Source of the DNA: an uncultured Methanomicrobiales archaeon
GTDB taxonomy: Archaea > Halobacteriota > Methanomicrobia > Methanomicrobiales > Methanospirillaceae
Direction of reading: 5' to 3'
Length of the DNA stretch: 64,000 nt
Assembly (NCBI GenBank): GCA_963697895.1
Contig: OY969100.1
Coordinates: 1,856,001-1,920,000, forward strand
Shown: one piece after another, positions 11,408 to 20,913 of the stretch
How positions within the stretch are numbered: the first letter of the stretch is position 1
Layout: every line of letters starts with the position of its first letter
Notes under the pieces: model-generated
The model's database searches: none
What the model was told of the DNA's origin: nothing
The model's input: the letters and a program-made list of their open reading frames with translations, nothing else
Program-made: the position numbers and the translations under genes

Positions 11408-12513
11408 CAGAGATCCACTCCGAACCAGCGCTCTTTCCCGGGCTCTCTTGTACGCACGAACCCGGCGATATCGTCATAGGTCACTTCCTGACCCCCGAGC
11501 CCGGCGATGACACTGTAAGGCTCTACCCGGGACCTCGCTTTCAGGCTCTGAGCGATAATCCCACCCCAACCGAATGAGTATTCCCGGTCGATCACCACCA
11601 CTTCACGTCCCGCTATATCGAGCTCGGGGAAGGGACGCAGCCACCGGATGCGCATCGAACCGGCCTTTACCCCTTCTTTCCTGAGGGTGTCCACCGCGAC
11701 CTCGGCCTCCTTTCCGAGCGTCCCCATGGCCACGACCAGCACATCCGCGTCTTCGCAGCGGTAGTCCTCGGTAAATCCGTAGGATCGTCCGAACCTCCGG
11801 GCAAACTCTTTCTGGGTCTCCTCGATCACCTTCACCGAGGCCCGCATGGATCGCTCGATATCCCAGCGGAACTTGAAGTACTCGTCCGGTCCGGTGAGCG
11901 TCCCGTACCCCCGCGGGTTCGCGATATCGATCGCGTGCGGGAGGTGCAGCGGCGGGATGAAATCTCCGATCTCCACCGTCTCCAGGGACTGCATGATATG
12001 GGAGAGGACAAACCCGTCAAGGTTGACCATCACCGGCAGGAGGACCGAATTGTGCTCCGCGATCCGGAAGGCCATAAGCGTGGCATCGTATGCTTCCTGC
12101 ACGGTGCCCACGTAGACCTGCAGCCACCCGGTATCCCGCTCCTGGAAAGCATCAGTGTGCTCGGCCCAGACATTCCAGCCCGGCCCGAGTGCACGGTTCA
12201 CATTTGCCATGACGATCGGGAGCCTGGCCCCTGCGGCCCAGTTCACCATCTCGTGCATGTAGAGGAGCCCATGAGAGCTCGTGGCGGTGAAGACCCGTGC
12301 GCCGGTGACGCTGGCCCCGACACAGGCGGCCATGGCGGAGTGTTCGCTCTCTACCGGGATGTACCGGCTGTCGAGTGCTCCGCTGGTCACGTACTCGGCC
12401 ATCTGTTCCACGATCTCGGTCTGGGGAGTAATGGGGTATGCCGCGATCACGGCAGGCCTGGCCTCTTTGACCGCCGCTGCCACCGCCTTGTTTCCCGTGG
12501 CAATCGTCAGCAT
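11407..12513 (-). CDS. porA: 2-oxoacid:ferredoxin oxidoreductase alpha subunit
   Basis: AYPITPQTEI, ESEHSA, TATSSHGL. Confidence 0.9.
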   Translation of the reverse strand: MLTIATGNKAVAAAVKEARPAVIAAYPITPQTEIVEQMAEYVTSGALDSRYIPVESEHSAMAACVGASVTGARVFTATSSHGLLYMHEMVNWAAGARLPIVMANVNRALGPGWNVWAEHTDAFQERDTGWLQVYVGTVQEAYDATLMAFRIAEHNSVLLPVMVNLDGFVLSHIMQSLETVEIGDFIPPLHLPHAIDIANPRGYGTLTGPDEYFKFRWDIERSMRASVKVIEETQKEFARRFGRSYGFTEDYRCEDADVLVVAMGTLGKEAEVAVDTLRKEGVKAGSMRIRWLRPFPELDIAGREVVVIDREYSFGWGGIIAQSLKARSRVEPYSVIAGLGGQEVTYDDIAGFVRTREPGKERWFGVDL

Positions 12514-13388
12514 ACGCCGTCAGCCTCCAGTTTCAATCGTTTTGCCGCTTTTTGGGCCTGTGATTTGAGCATTTCAAGCGCATCTTTGCTGATCCCCTTG
12601 AAACGGCCCTGAGGTGCCAGGTATTCCTCCAGGGGAACCGGCTTGATCATGGCCGCCTTTGTGGGGCCGTTGATGGTGACCGCGCCATATTCGCGTTCAT
12701 AGAGCTGCCACATCCCTGACTTCACCGCGAGTTTGCCTATCTCGATCGTCATCTCCGAGGAGAACCGCCACCCCGGGGGGCAGGGGGCGAGAATATGGAT
12801 GAACTTGGGTCCCCGGATGGAGAGCGCTTTCCGGACTTTCTTGAAGAGATCCTGGGGATAGGCGCTGCATGCCGTGGCCAGGTAGGGGGGGTTGTGTGCG
12901 GCGACGATCCTGTCGATGTCCTTCTTCGCATGAATCTTCCCCCCGGGCGTCGTGGTGGTCCGTGCCCCTATAGGGGTTGCTCCGGAGCGCTGCATCCCCG
13001 TATTGCCGTACGCCTCGTTGTCATAGCAGATGTAGAGGAAATCGGTACCCCGCTCGAAGGCACCGGAAAGGGACTGGATCCCGATATCCACCGTGCCTCC
13101 GTCGCCGGCATAGACGATCACGTTGGTCTTTCTCCCTGCCGCGCTGAAGGCCTCGCTCATTCCGGATGCACACGCGGCCGCTGCGGCAAACGCCACGTTG
13201 TAAATGGGGATGTTCATCGCGGTATTGGGATAGATGCCCTGGATCACGCTGGTACAGCAGGCCGGGATCACCAGCACCGTGTCCGGCCCCGCAGCCTTGA
13301 GGACATACCGCAGGATGAGCGACGTGCTGCAGCCGGCGCATGCCGAGGTACACTTGAGGACATACTCCTCTTTTGGGATCTCCGTCAT
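12507..13388 (-). CDS. porB: 2-oxoacid:ferredoxin oxidoreductase beta subunit
   Basis: ACAGC, GDGG..DIG, DNEAYGNTG.QRS TPP motif, PCP.GW. Confidence 0.9.
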   Translation of the reverse strand: MTEIPKEEYVLKCTSACAGCSTSLILRYVLKAAGPDTVLVIPACCTSVIQGIYPNTAMNIPIYNVAFAAAAACASGMSEAFSAAGRKTNVIVYAGDGGTVDIGIQSLSGAFERGTDFLYICYDNEAYGNTGMQRSGATPIGARTTTTPGGKIHAKKDIDRIVAAHNPPYLATACSAYPQDLFKKVRKALSIRGPKFIHILAPCPPGWRFSSEMTIEIGKLAVKSGMWQLYEREYGAVTINGPTKAAMIKPVPLEEYLAPQGRFKGISKDALEMLKSQAQKAAKRLKLEADGVC

Positions 13389-13600
13389 GAAATTCAGTTC
13401 ATAACTATATCTGGACCATTCATAATAAGGATATTTTATGCCCGATCGGAGGCATTCACCCAGACGATGGGGATCCAACCGCAGGCGAGTATCCAATCAT
13501 TGCAGCGGGATCAGATGGTTCGTGTACGGATGAATTATGGTATTACCCGGACGATTCAATGGCAAAGATCCCATCCCACAGGTTTGACAGAGTAACCGGC

Positions 13601-13992
13601 GAAGATTCCGGGGTCTGATCCTATTCAGCCGGTTCTACCCGGTAACGGCCGAAGATTCCGGGTCGGGATCCTGTTCAACGTTTCGACAGAGTAATGTCCG
13701 AAGATTCCGGGGTCGGGATCCTATTCAACCGTTCGACAGGGTAATGTCCGAAGACTCCGGGGTCGGGATCCTGTTCAACGGTTCGACAGGGTAATGTCTG
13801 AAGATTCCGGGGTCGGGATCCTGTTCAACTGATTCGATACGGTGTCGGCGAGGACTCGGGTCGGGATCCTGTTCAACGGTTCGATACGGTGTCGGCGAGG
13901 ACTCGGGTCGGGATCCTGTTCAACTGGTTCGATACGGTGTCGGCGATGATTCCGGTCGGATCCTATTCAACCGGTTCGAGCCGGTAACCGGC
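13601..13992. repeat. Tandem array of eight degenerate 47-50 bp units (partial unit from ~13567)
   Basis: Units start at 13601, 13651, 13700, 13750, 13800, 13850, 13897, 13945; consensus GAAGATTCCGGGGTCGGGATCCTGTTCAACGGTTCGACAGGGTAATGTCC. Confidence 0.93.
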
Positions 13993-14448
13993 GGCCCTCA
14001 GAACTGCTCCCATCTGAAGGAAAAAAGCCCGGTCATCCAGCTCATTCCGTTTCGGTATGCCGGTCTCCCACAGCGCCATGAGACTGGGATCCGCGGTCTC
14101 CAGGCTCCGTCTCCCCTTCACCCGGCCGACCTCTTTTCCCGCGACATCGGTGATCAGCATCGTGAAGCACCGGTAGTCCCTGCAGAACCGGGGAGCGGTA
14201 TCGTGGATGGAGCAGATGTAGTGTCCCATGTCTTCCCGGCGGAGAAATGGACACCAGGACGGATGGATATCCGGGTACGGACGGTTCGTGAATGCATCCT
14301 CGTACTCGCCCTGCACGTGGGCAAAGAATGATTCCCGGGTGATCAGGCACGTGCAATAATAGTCCCGGGAAGAAAGCCGCCTCTCCACCGTCATGTGCTG
14401 ACCGAAATTCATGCAGCATCTCCCGCATTGGGTGCAGACAAATTTCAT
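13963..14448 (-). CDS. YkgJ-family (CxxCxxCC) cysteine-cluster protein
   Basis: FVCTQCGRCC...CPFL...CSIH..P.FCRDY. Confidence 0.85.
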   Translation of the reverse strand: MKFVCTQCGRCCMNFGQHMTVERRLSSRDYYCTCLITRESFFAHVQGEYEDAFTNRPYPDIHPSWCPFLRREDMGHYICSIHDTAPRFCRDYRCFTMLITDVAGKEVGRVKGRRSLETADPSLMALWETGIPKRNELDDRAFFLQMGAVLRAAGYRLEPVE

Positions 14449-14665
14449 TTTCACCGCCTCCCCGCCATAAACAGGAGTAGGATCTGTCCGGTAGCAGATA
14501 AATCCCATTCATATACCCAAAAACCGGTGATTCTTTTCATGACAGAGTATGAATACGGTTTCGTTATTTTTTTTATTTCAAAACGAGAGCATTGACTCTC
14601 TCTGCCTGCGGACACGGGCGAACTCACGACAATCCGAATCCCGACAGGAAAAAGAGGAATGGCAA

Positions 14666-15463
14666 CTATTCCCGCTCCTGGTTCCCGAGCAGCGTGCAGA
14701 TCTGTTTCATGACCAGATGGTGCCTCCGGCACGATTCCAGGTGTGAACGAGCTCTCCTCTCGATCGGAATGGGATTCCAGGCGATCCTGCAGTCGACGTC
14801 CCAGAGGATCAGGCCCTCTGCCGGCGCCGGCGGAAGCGGTATCCGGCAGGAGCCCTCGAGAAGCTCCCGGATCAGATCTTCATCAGCCCGGCCGCTCCCG
14901 ACCAGCCCGATGGCGGACGCCATATACCGGACCATATGCCAGAGGTAACTCTCGGCAGTCACCTCAAAGAACGGGTATCCCTCCTCTTTCCCGATATGAA
15001 CGGAAAGTACGTGCCTGACAGGGTTCTTGTCGCTCGCCCGTGATACCCCGGAAAAGTCGTGCCTACCGATGAACATGCCCGCTGCACTTTCCATTGCAGG
15101 TACATCCAGCGATGAATCGCCAAAATAATACCGGTAGGTCCGTTTCCGGGCATCGTACCGGGGATGAAATCCCGGATCGACTTCGGCATATCCGGTACAC
15201 CAGAGATCCGGCGGGAGCTGCCAGTTCATCCCGGCGATCGCCCTATCCGGAACCTCTGTCGTCAGTGCACAGACCTGGCCCCGGGCGTGGACCCCCCGGT
15301 CGGTCCGCCCGGCGACCAGGAAGCCTGCATCTCTCCAGTCTGCGAAGAGCTGCAGCCGTGTACACGCCGCCACGAACTCCCCTTCGACGGTACGGTCCGC
15401 CGCCTGCATCTGTGAACCGCAGAACCGGTCGCCGAGGTAGGCGAACCGGAAAGCAAGCCTCAT
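14666..15463 (-). CDS. truA: tRNA pseudouridine(38-40) synthase
   Basis: AYLGDRFCGSQ, AGRTDRGVHA, YLWHMVR. Confidence 0.93.
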   Translation of the reverse strand: MRLAFRFAYLGDRFCGSQMQAADRTVEGEFVAACTRLQLFADWRDAGFLVAGRTDRGVHARGQVCALTTEVPDRAIAGMNWQLPPDLWCTGYAEVDPGFHPRYDARKRTYRYYFGDSSLDVPAMESAAGMFIGRHDFSGVSRASDKNPVRHVLSVHIGKEEGYPFFEVTAESYLWHMVRYMASAIGLVGSGRADEDLIRELLEGSCRIPLPPAPAEGLILWDVDCRIAWNPIPIERRARSHLESCRRHHLVMKQICTLLGNQERE

Positions 15464-16128
15464 CGAAACCGCACGCGCCGCTGGAATTTTTTCCACGTGT
15501 TCCGGATCGACTGGCGGGTATAAGTACGAAGCGGGGTCATCCTTCCCCCGATTCTGGTCCTCCCGCTCCTGATTGCGGCGAGGACCGAGTCTATATCGGG
15601 GCTCGCGTCGATATAGGTCCTTCCAAACCCGACAAATCGCGCATTATGGGCATCGCTTCCTGCAACGCCAGGTTTCCCGAGATTCCGTGCAACCCTCATC
15701 GCTTTCCGGTTGGCAGAACCGACAATGTACCGGCTGTTAAAGACCTCTACCGCATCGACCGCAGAGAGTGCCTCCTGTAACCTCCGCGCAACCCCATGAC
15801 GCCACATATGATAGGGGTGGGGAAGGATGACCAGAGCCCCCATCCGGTGGGCGATCTCGATCGTTTCCAGGACATCGAGGCCCGGCATGACCGGTTCGGT
15901 GATCCCGAGCGCGATGAGATGCCCCTGTTTCGTGGAGATCTCGATCCCGGGTATGACGAGCACCCGTGACCGGCAGCCCAGGGCGTACCGGGCTCCGGCA
16001 ACGGAATCGTGATCGGTGATCGCGATGACGTCCAGTCCTGCCTTTTCTGCCCGGTCGAGGATCTCTTCCACACTGCTTTCCCCATCCCGGGAATAGGAAG
16101 TATGGACATGGAGGTCGCAGGCGAGCAT
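15460..16128 (-). CDS. PHP-domain metal-dependent phosphoesterase
   Basis: DLHVHT, AITDHD, PGIEIS, AGSDAH. Confidence 0.88.
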   Translation of the reverse strand: MLACDLHVHTSYSRDGESSVEEILDRAEKAGLDVIAITDHDSVAGARYALGCRSRVLVIPGIEISTKQGHLIALGITEPVMPGLDVLETIEIAHRMGALVILPHPYHMWRHGVARRLQEALSAVDAVEVFNSRYIVGSANRKAMRVARNLGKPGVAGSDAHNARFVGFGRTYIDASPDIDSVLAAIRSGRTRIGGRMTPLRTYTRQSIRNTWKKFQRRVRFR

Positions 16129-16419
16129 GTGATCATATCACTTTTTATTGCACCGATATTAAGGAAACTTATCAGGTTCTGCCCTCATCCGCGATCTCTT
16201 CCGGAGGGCCGGTTTTCTTCCCTCACGGAACGGGAGGGGAATCATGGGTCTCATGGGTGATCGAGGTATCACACCCGGGATGAGCGGCCCAATCCCGGGA
16301 TCGGAGAGAAGCAATCCCACCCACGGAAGACCTGCCTGTTTTTGCGTTATTCTGGCGAACAGAAATAAATGTAATTCCTGTCAGTTCCGAACGCATAATT
16401 TCTTTTAAAGAGAAGCCAC

Positions 16420-17841
16420 ATGAAACGTATGCGTATTCTGCTTCCGACCGGTGCGGTCACCTATCCGGTGGTCAGGGCAGCGGCGGAGGGGTACGATGCC
16501 GATGTCATCGTCACCGGCGAGATCGCCTCTTTTCTCACCCCTTCCCGGTTGCGGGAACTCCTCCGGGAGAAGCAATATGACCTGGTTATCGTTTCCGGCA
16601 TGTCCACGGCATCATTTACCGGTGTGGAGGAGGAGACCGGCGTCCCCGTCTACCGTGGTCCCCGGCATGCGATGGATCTGAGGCGGGTCCTCCCGCTTAT
16701 CGGCACCGTTACGCTCTCCCGCGACGTTCCCGCCGATGATTTCCTGATCGCGAGCGGTAAAACAGAAGCCCGGGAAAAGATCCGAAACACCGAAGCGGCA
16801 GCCGAATGGGAGTATTGTATCCGTGGGGTGAAGATCGGGGGCGGTTCGCGGATGAAGGTGCTCGCGGAGATCATGGATGCCCACCGGTGCCCGGACATAC
16901 GCGGCCGGGTGGAACGATTTTTTAACGATGGTGCGGACATCGTCGATCTCGGGTTCGGTTTCGACGCAACTGCAGGGGATGTCCGGGCCACTTTTCGGGA
17001 GCTACAGGGTATCGAAGGGCCGCTCGCGGTCGATACCCAGGATCCCCTGCTTATCCGCGCCGCATTGGACCGGGCTGATCTCGTCCTGAGCCTCCATGAC
17101 GGGAATATCCCGGCGGTCGGGGCAGCGGTTGCGGATGCAGGAGCGGGGGCCGTGATAATTCCTGCCGGGGCCTCCCTCGCCGAAAATATCATCCGTGCCG
17201 AAGAGGCGGGGATCACCTGTATCCTGGCCGACCCGCTCCTTCAGCCGGCAGGTTCGGGACTCACCCGCAGTATTGAAGCTTTTCCAAAGATCGGATATCC
17301 GCTCTTCTTCGGCGCGGGGAACGTGGTGGAACTGCTCGACGCGGATTCGATAGGTGCCAATGCGCTCCTCGCCGGCATGGCACACGAGATCGGGGTATCC
17401 GTTATCTTCACCAGCGAGCATTCGGATAAAACCCGGGGTTCTGTCCGGGAGATGCGAACCGCAACCGAGATGATGGCGTTGCTGGAAGGAAAACCATATC
17501 CGAAGGATATGGGGATCGATCTCCTCGTCATCAAGGAGAAGAGGCGAAGATGCGAGCCTCCTCTGAGCTATACGACCTGTGTCGCTGCGGCTCCCCTGCC
17601 GGAGGAGATCTCTTACGATCCCCGCGGCAACTTCCGGATCGGGATCGAGGGGGACTGCATCGTGGCGGTCGTCAACGGCAGGGCGGTACGGGGCCGGTCC
17701 TGGGCGGACGTATTCTCGACCATTCTTTCGAACGGGGACGTATCACTCCTCGACCACGCGGCCTATCTGGGAAAGGAACTGTACAAGGCCGAACTCGCCA
17801 TCCGGTTCGGCCGGAGCTTTGAGCAGGACGGGGATTTTTAG
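16420..17841 (+). CDS. Dihydropteroate synthase-like protein with C-terminal DUF4346 domain
   Basis: GADIVDLG, LAVDTQDP, GAGNVVELLDADSIGANA, LLDHAAYLGKELYKAE. Confidence 0.8.
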   Translation: MKRMRILLPTGAVTYPVVRAAAEGYDADVIVTGEIASFLTPSRLRELLREKQYDLVIVSGMSTASFTGVEEETGVPVYRGPRHAMDLRRVLPLIGTVTLSRDVPADDFLIASGKTEAREKIRNTEAAAEWEYCIRGVKIGGGSRMKVLAEIMDAHRCPDIRGRVERFFNDGADIVDLGFGFDATAGDVRATFRELQGIEGPLAVDTQDPLLIRAALDRADLVLSLHDGNIPAVGAAVADAGAGAVIIPAGASLAENIIRAEEAGITCILADPLLQPAGSGLTRSIEAFPKIGYPLFFGAGNVVELLDADSIGANALLAGMAHEIGVSVIFTSEHSDKTRGSVREMRTATEMMALLEGKPYPKDMGIDLLVIKEKRRRCEPPLSYTTCVAAAPLPEEISYDPRGNFRIGIEGDCIVAVVNGRAVRGRSWADVFSTILSNGDVSLLDHAAYLGKELYKAELAIRFGRSFEQDGDF

Positions 17842-17952
17842 GTCCGTGATACTCAGTGATACGGCTTTGTGCTCCGAGGCATAAGGAAAACAAAGGGAAC
17901 TTCCCGGTCATCCAATTCTTAATCACGCATCAGGCGCCATAATACACTCACG

Positions 17953-18324
17953 ATGAAGATACGGGGCCTCAAAGGGGATCTCCTTGACCTGCTGCTCGAG
18001 ATCGGGAATGCCCGCCACCCCTACGAGTTCGCCGGCCTCCTTCTCGAGTCGGACGGGGTGATCGACGAGTTGAACCTGTTGCCGGGAACGGTCAGCGGCG
18101 AGGCAAGCGCAAATCTTTTCCTCGACATGATGCCCCTCAGTACCCACGTGGCCGGAAGCGTGCACAGTCATCCGAGCGGCAACATCCGCCCGTCGGATGC
18201 AGACATCAGTTTTTTCTCCCGATCCGGCCGGTATCATATCATCGTGGGATATCCGTACACGCGGCAGAACTGGCAGGGGTACCGGGTCGATGGCATCCCG
18301 TATCCGCTTGAGGTTATACCATGA
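17953..18324 (+). CDS. JAMM/MPN+ metalloprotease
   Basis: PYEFAGLL and HSHPS..PSDAD JAMM motif. Confidence 0.88.
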   Translation: MKIRGLKGDLLDLLLEIGNARHPYEFAGLLLESDGVIDELNLLPGTVSGEASANLFLDMMPLSTHVAGSVHSHPSGNIRPSDADISFFSRSGRYHIIVGYPYTRQNWQGYRVDGIPYPLEVIP

Positions 18325-18765
18325 AGCGGGTGGTTGCAACCGGCACCTTCGATCTGCTGCATCCCGGACATGTCTATTATCTGGAGGAATCCCGACGTCT
18401 CGGGGACGAGCTGCACGTCATCGTCGCCCGCGATGTCAATGTCAGGCATAAGCCCAGACCGGTCATTCCCGAGGAACAGCGGCTGAAGATCGTCAGCGCA
18501 CTGAAACCGGTCGATTTTGCGCGTCTGGGTGACCTGACCGATATGTTCCGGCCGATCGAGGAGATCCGGCCGGACGTGATTACTATCGGGTTCAACCAGC
18601 ACTTCGATGAAACCGGGCTTTCAGAGTCGCTCCGGAAACGAGGGATCGCCTCTGAAGTCGTCCGGATCGGCGCCTATAATAAGGAGCAGTACTGCAGTCT
18701 CCCGCGTGATCATACGCCAGATACTGGCCCGGTACTCCTGTGAAGGTGACGACCAAGCGCGTTAA
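18321..18765 (+). CDS. ribL: FAD synthase / cytidylyltransferase family (frameshift near 18699 in last codons)
   Basis: ATGTFDLLHPGH, VIVARD; a one-base correction gives CSSRVIIRQILARY. Confidence 0.8.
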
Positions 18766-18774
18766 ACCATCCAC

Positions 18775-19518
18775 TCAGGGAGAAGCAGGATAAAAGGGAC
18801 ATTCGGACATCCGGCACTCCTGGTTCATCGGCGAAAATTCGCACCGGATCTCTTTCGGCAGCGGGAGGTCCAGGCCGAAATGTTCCCCGAGGAACCGTAC
18901 CGTGGCACGTATCGCGATAAACAGGTTCCGTTTGCAGCATCGCGGACCACCATGAAGTGCAATCTCATGGAGGGTCTCGGCCGTGCTGAGATTCGAGAGC
19001 TGCCACTCCTCCTTCGAGAGCGGGGTTGCACCGGTGATGATACTGATGAAGATGCCGGTTCCCACGGCCGCCCCGCAATCTCCCATGAATCCACAAAATC
19101 CTCCTTTAATCTGTTCCGCACGGGAGCGGGCAATCTTAATCTTCGCCGCCTTCTTCTCCGGTTCCCCTTTCCGGTTATAGTACGCGGCAAGAAGGACTGC
19201 AGGGACCAGGAAGTGATGTTCGGGGCCGTGCATCCGGACTTCCGGGTTATTCATCAGGGTGATTGCCATGGAGACCGGATCCGTTTCTTCCGTGTGTATG
19301 CAGAACTCTTCTATGAGATCTTCTGCAGGGAGGGCATGGCACCGATCGCAGATGAAGTGGCCCTTCCTGCACCGGGCAGATGTCGCCTGGACCTCCCCGC
19401 ATATCGCACAGGCGCAGGATTCGGGCTGATCGAGATAGACCAGTTCATCGCCGCAGATGAGGCAGCCGCTCCGGTGGCTTGTATTCATCATGCATACAAG
19501 AACCGTATCGGATTTCAT
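18775..19518 (-). CDS. DUF5714-type Cys-rich protein
   Basis: CLICG..CAICG..ICDRCH; MHGPEHH; GGFCGF.G.CGAA.G; GGPRCCKR; start could be 19491. Confidence 0.7.
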   Translation of the reverse strand: MKSDTVLVCMMNTSHRSGCLICGDELVYLDQPESCACAICGEVQATSARCRKGHFICDRCHALPAEDLIEEFCIHTEETDPVSMAITLMNNPEVRMHGPEHHFLVPAVLLAAYYNRKGEPEKKAAKIKIARSRAEQIKGGFCGFMGDCGAAVGTGIFISIITGATPLSKEEWQLSNLSTAETLHEIALHGGPRCCKRNLFIAIRATVRFLGEHFGLDLPLPKEIRCEFSPMNQECRMSECPFYPASP

Positions 19519-19633
19519 CTTTTGTATGAACCCTGAAAATCATGAATGACGATATCGGGTTGTGCCGGTCCCGGGCTCACGCATTTGACCAGAGATCATA
19601 ACCATTATCTGATCCCATTCCCGAATTCAGCAT

Positions 19634-20281
19634 ATGAGCGATGCGCTGGAGAGGGAAATTGCAAAATTAACCGCTATTGCCGGGGAGAAGGGGGCGTCCG
19701 TCCGGGAGATACCCGCCCGGGACGTAATCGTTTCCCAGTGGGTCCGGTTCAAGTGCCGGTACGGGTGCAAGGGATATGGGAAGCATATGGGATGTCCCCC
19801 GTACGGGCCCAGCGTGGAAGATACCAGAAACATGGTGTCCGAATACGAGACCGGGATCCTGGTCCGATTCGACGGGATACCCGCTCATGCGGACCTCCGA
19901 CCGGACGAAATACCGGCCGATTTCCATCCCTTTTTTCGGGACCTTATCCTCTGGGTGAACGGAACGATCCACCTCCTCGAGAAGACGGCCTTTTATGACG
20001 ACTTTCACAAAGCATTCGGTTTCGGGGGGTATCCGTGCATCTACTGCGAGCATGAACACTGCGTGGCGGAAGAAGAACCGGGTATCGTCGACGAGAGCAT
20101 CCGCCGGAAATGCCGCCATATGGACCTTGTCCGGCCCACCATGGAAGGGGCCGGGATGGATGTGTTCGGCACCGCCCGGCGGGTGGGATGGGAGCTCCAT
20201 ACGGTCCCCTGCCAGGATCTGGAATACGGAAAGATCGTCCATGGAAATATTACGTCCATCGGCCTCGTCCTCCTCGAGTGA
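19634..20281 (+). CDS. DUF2284 predicted metal-binding protein
   Basis: VRFKCRYGC..YGK..CPP, PCIYC..C, RPTMEGAGMDV. Confidence 0.8.
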   Translation: MSDALEREIAKLTAIAGEKGASVREIPARDVIVSQWVRFKCRYGCKGYGKHMGCPPYGPSVEDTRNMVSEYETGILVRFDGIPAHADLRPDEIPADFHPFFRDLILWVNGTIHLLEKTAFYDDFHKAFGFGGYPCIYCEHEHCVAEEEPGIVDESIRRKCRHMDLVRPTMEGAGMDVFGTARRVGWELHTVPCQDLEYGKIVHGNITSIGLVLLE

Positions 20282-20546
20282 GATACCCAGGTCCCGATCC
20301 TTGCCCCTCAGGTAGAGCTGGATCCCCGAATTCTTTTCGGCAGATGGGAGATTCGGAAGAGGGCCCCCGTATCAGATCTGATTATCCGGAAGAGAACGCC
20401 GGAACTATCACCGGCGAAATACGAAAAATGTTGTCCTCCTGCATCCTGGTCGCACAAAGACCCATATATTAATATAATGCCGGGCATAATTAGCCGGTGT
20501 AGGGTTACGATGAAAAGGCCCCTATTATCGTGTTTGAGGAGATCAT

Positions 20547-20906
20547 ATGCCTGATTTTGCAACAGCATTTACCGGAATGAACAGTGACCGGAAACTCACC
20601 AACAGTGAACTGGTCAGGGCGCTCCGGCTCATGGTAGCCGATGAATATGAAGCAATCCAGGTTTATACCCAGTCAGCGGAATCGATCGACAATCCGCTCG
20701 CCGCAGAGGTTCTTCTGGATATTGCCGATGAGGAGAAGGTGCATGCCGGAGAATTCCTGCGGCTCCTGAAGGAACTGGATCCCGCAGAGTCCGGGTTTTA
20801 CGAGAAGGGTGCGGGAGAGGTGGAAGCGGTGATCTCTTCCCGGGCCGGAGGAGCGGCGGCATCTGCGGCAACGAAGGAGACGACCATCGGGTCGCTCAAA
20901 GAATAA
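20547..20906 (+). CDS. Ferritin-like encapsulin cargo protein with C-terminal targeting peptide
   Basis: E..A...Y and DIADEEKVHAGEF ferroxidase motifs; Ala/Gly linker then TTIGSLKE. Confidence 0.85.
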   Translation: MPDFATAFTGMNSDRKLTNSELVRALRLMVADEYEAIQVYTQSAESIDNPLAAEVLLDIADEEKVHAGEFLRLLKELDPAESGFYEKGAGEVEAVISSRAGGAAASAATKETTIGSLKE

Positions 20907-20913
20907 TGGAGGA

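Noticed and set aside
13601-13992. CRISPR array
   Set aside because: The whole unit is repeated with no unique spacers, no leader and no cas genes.
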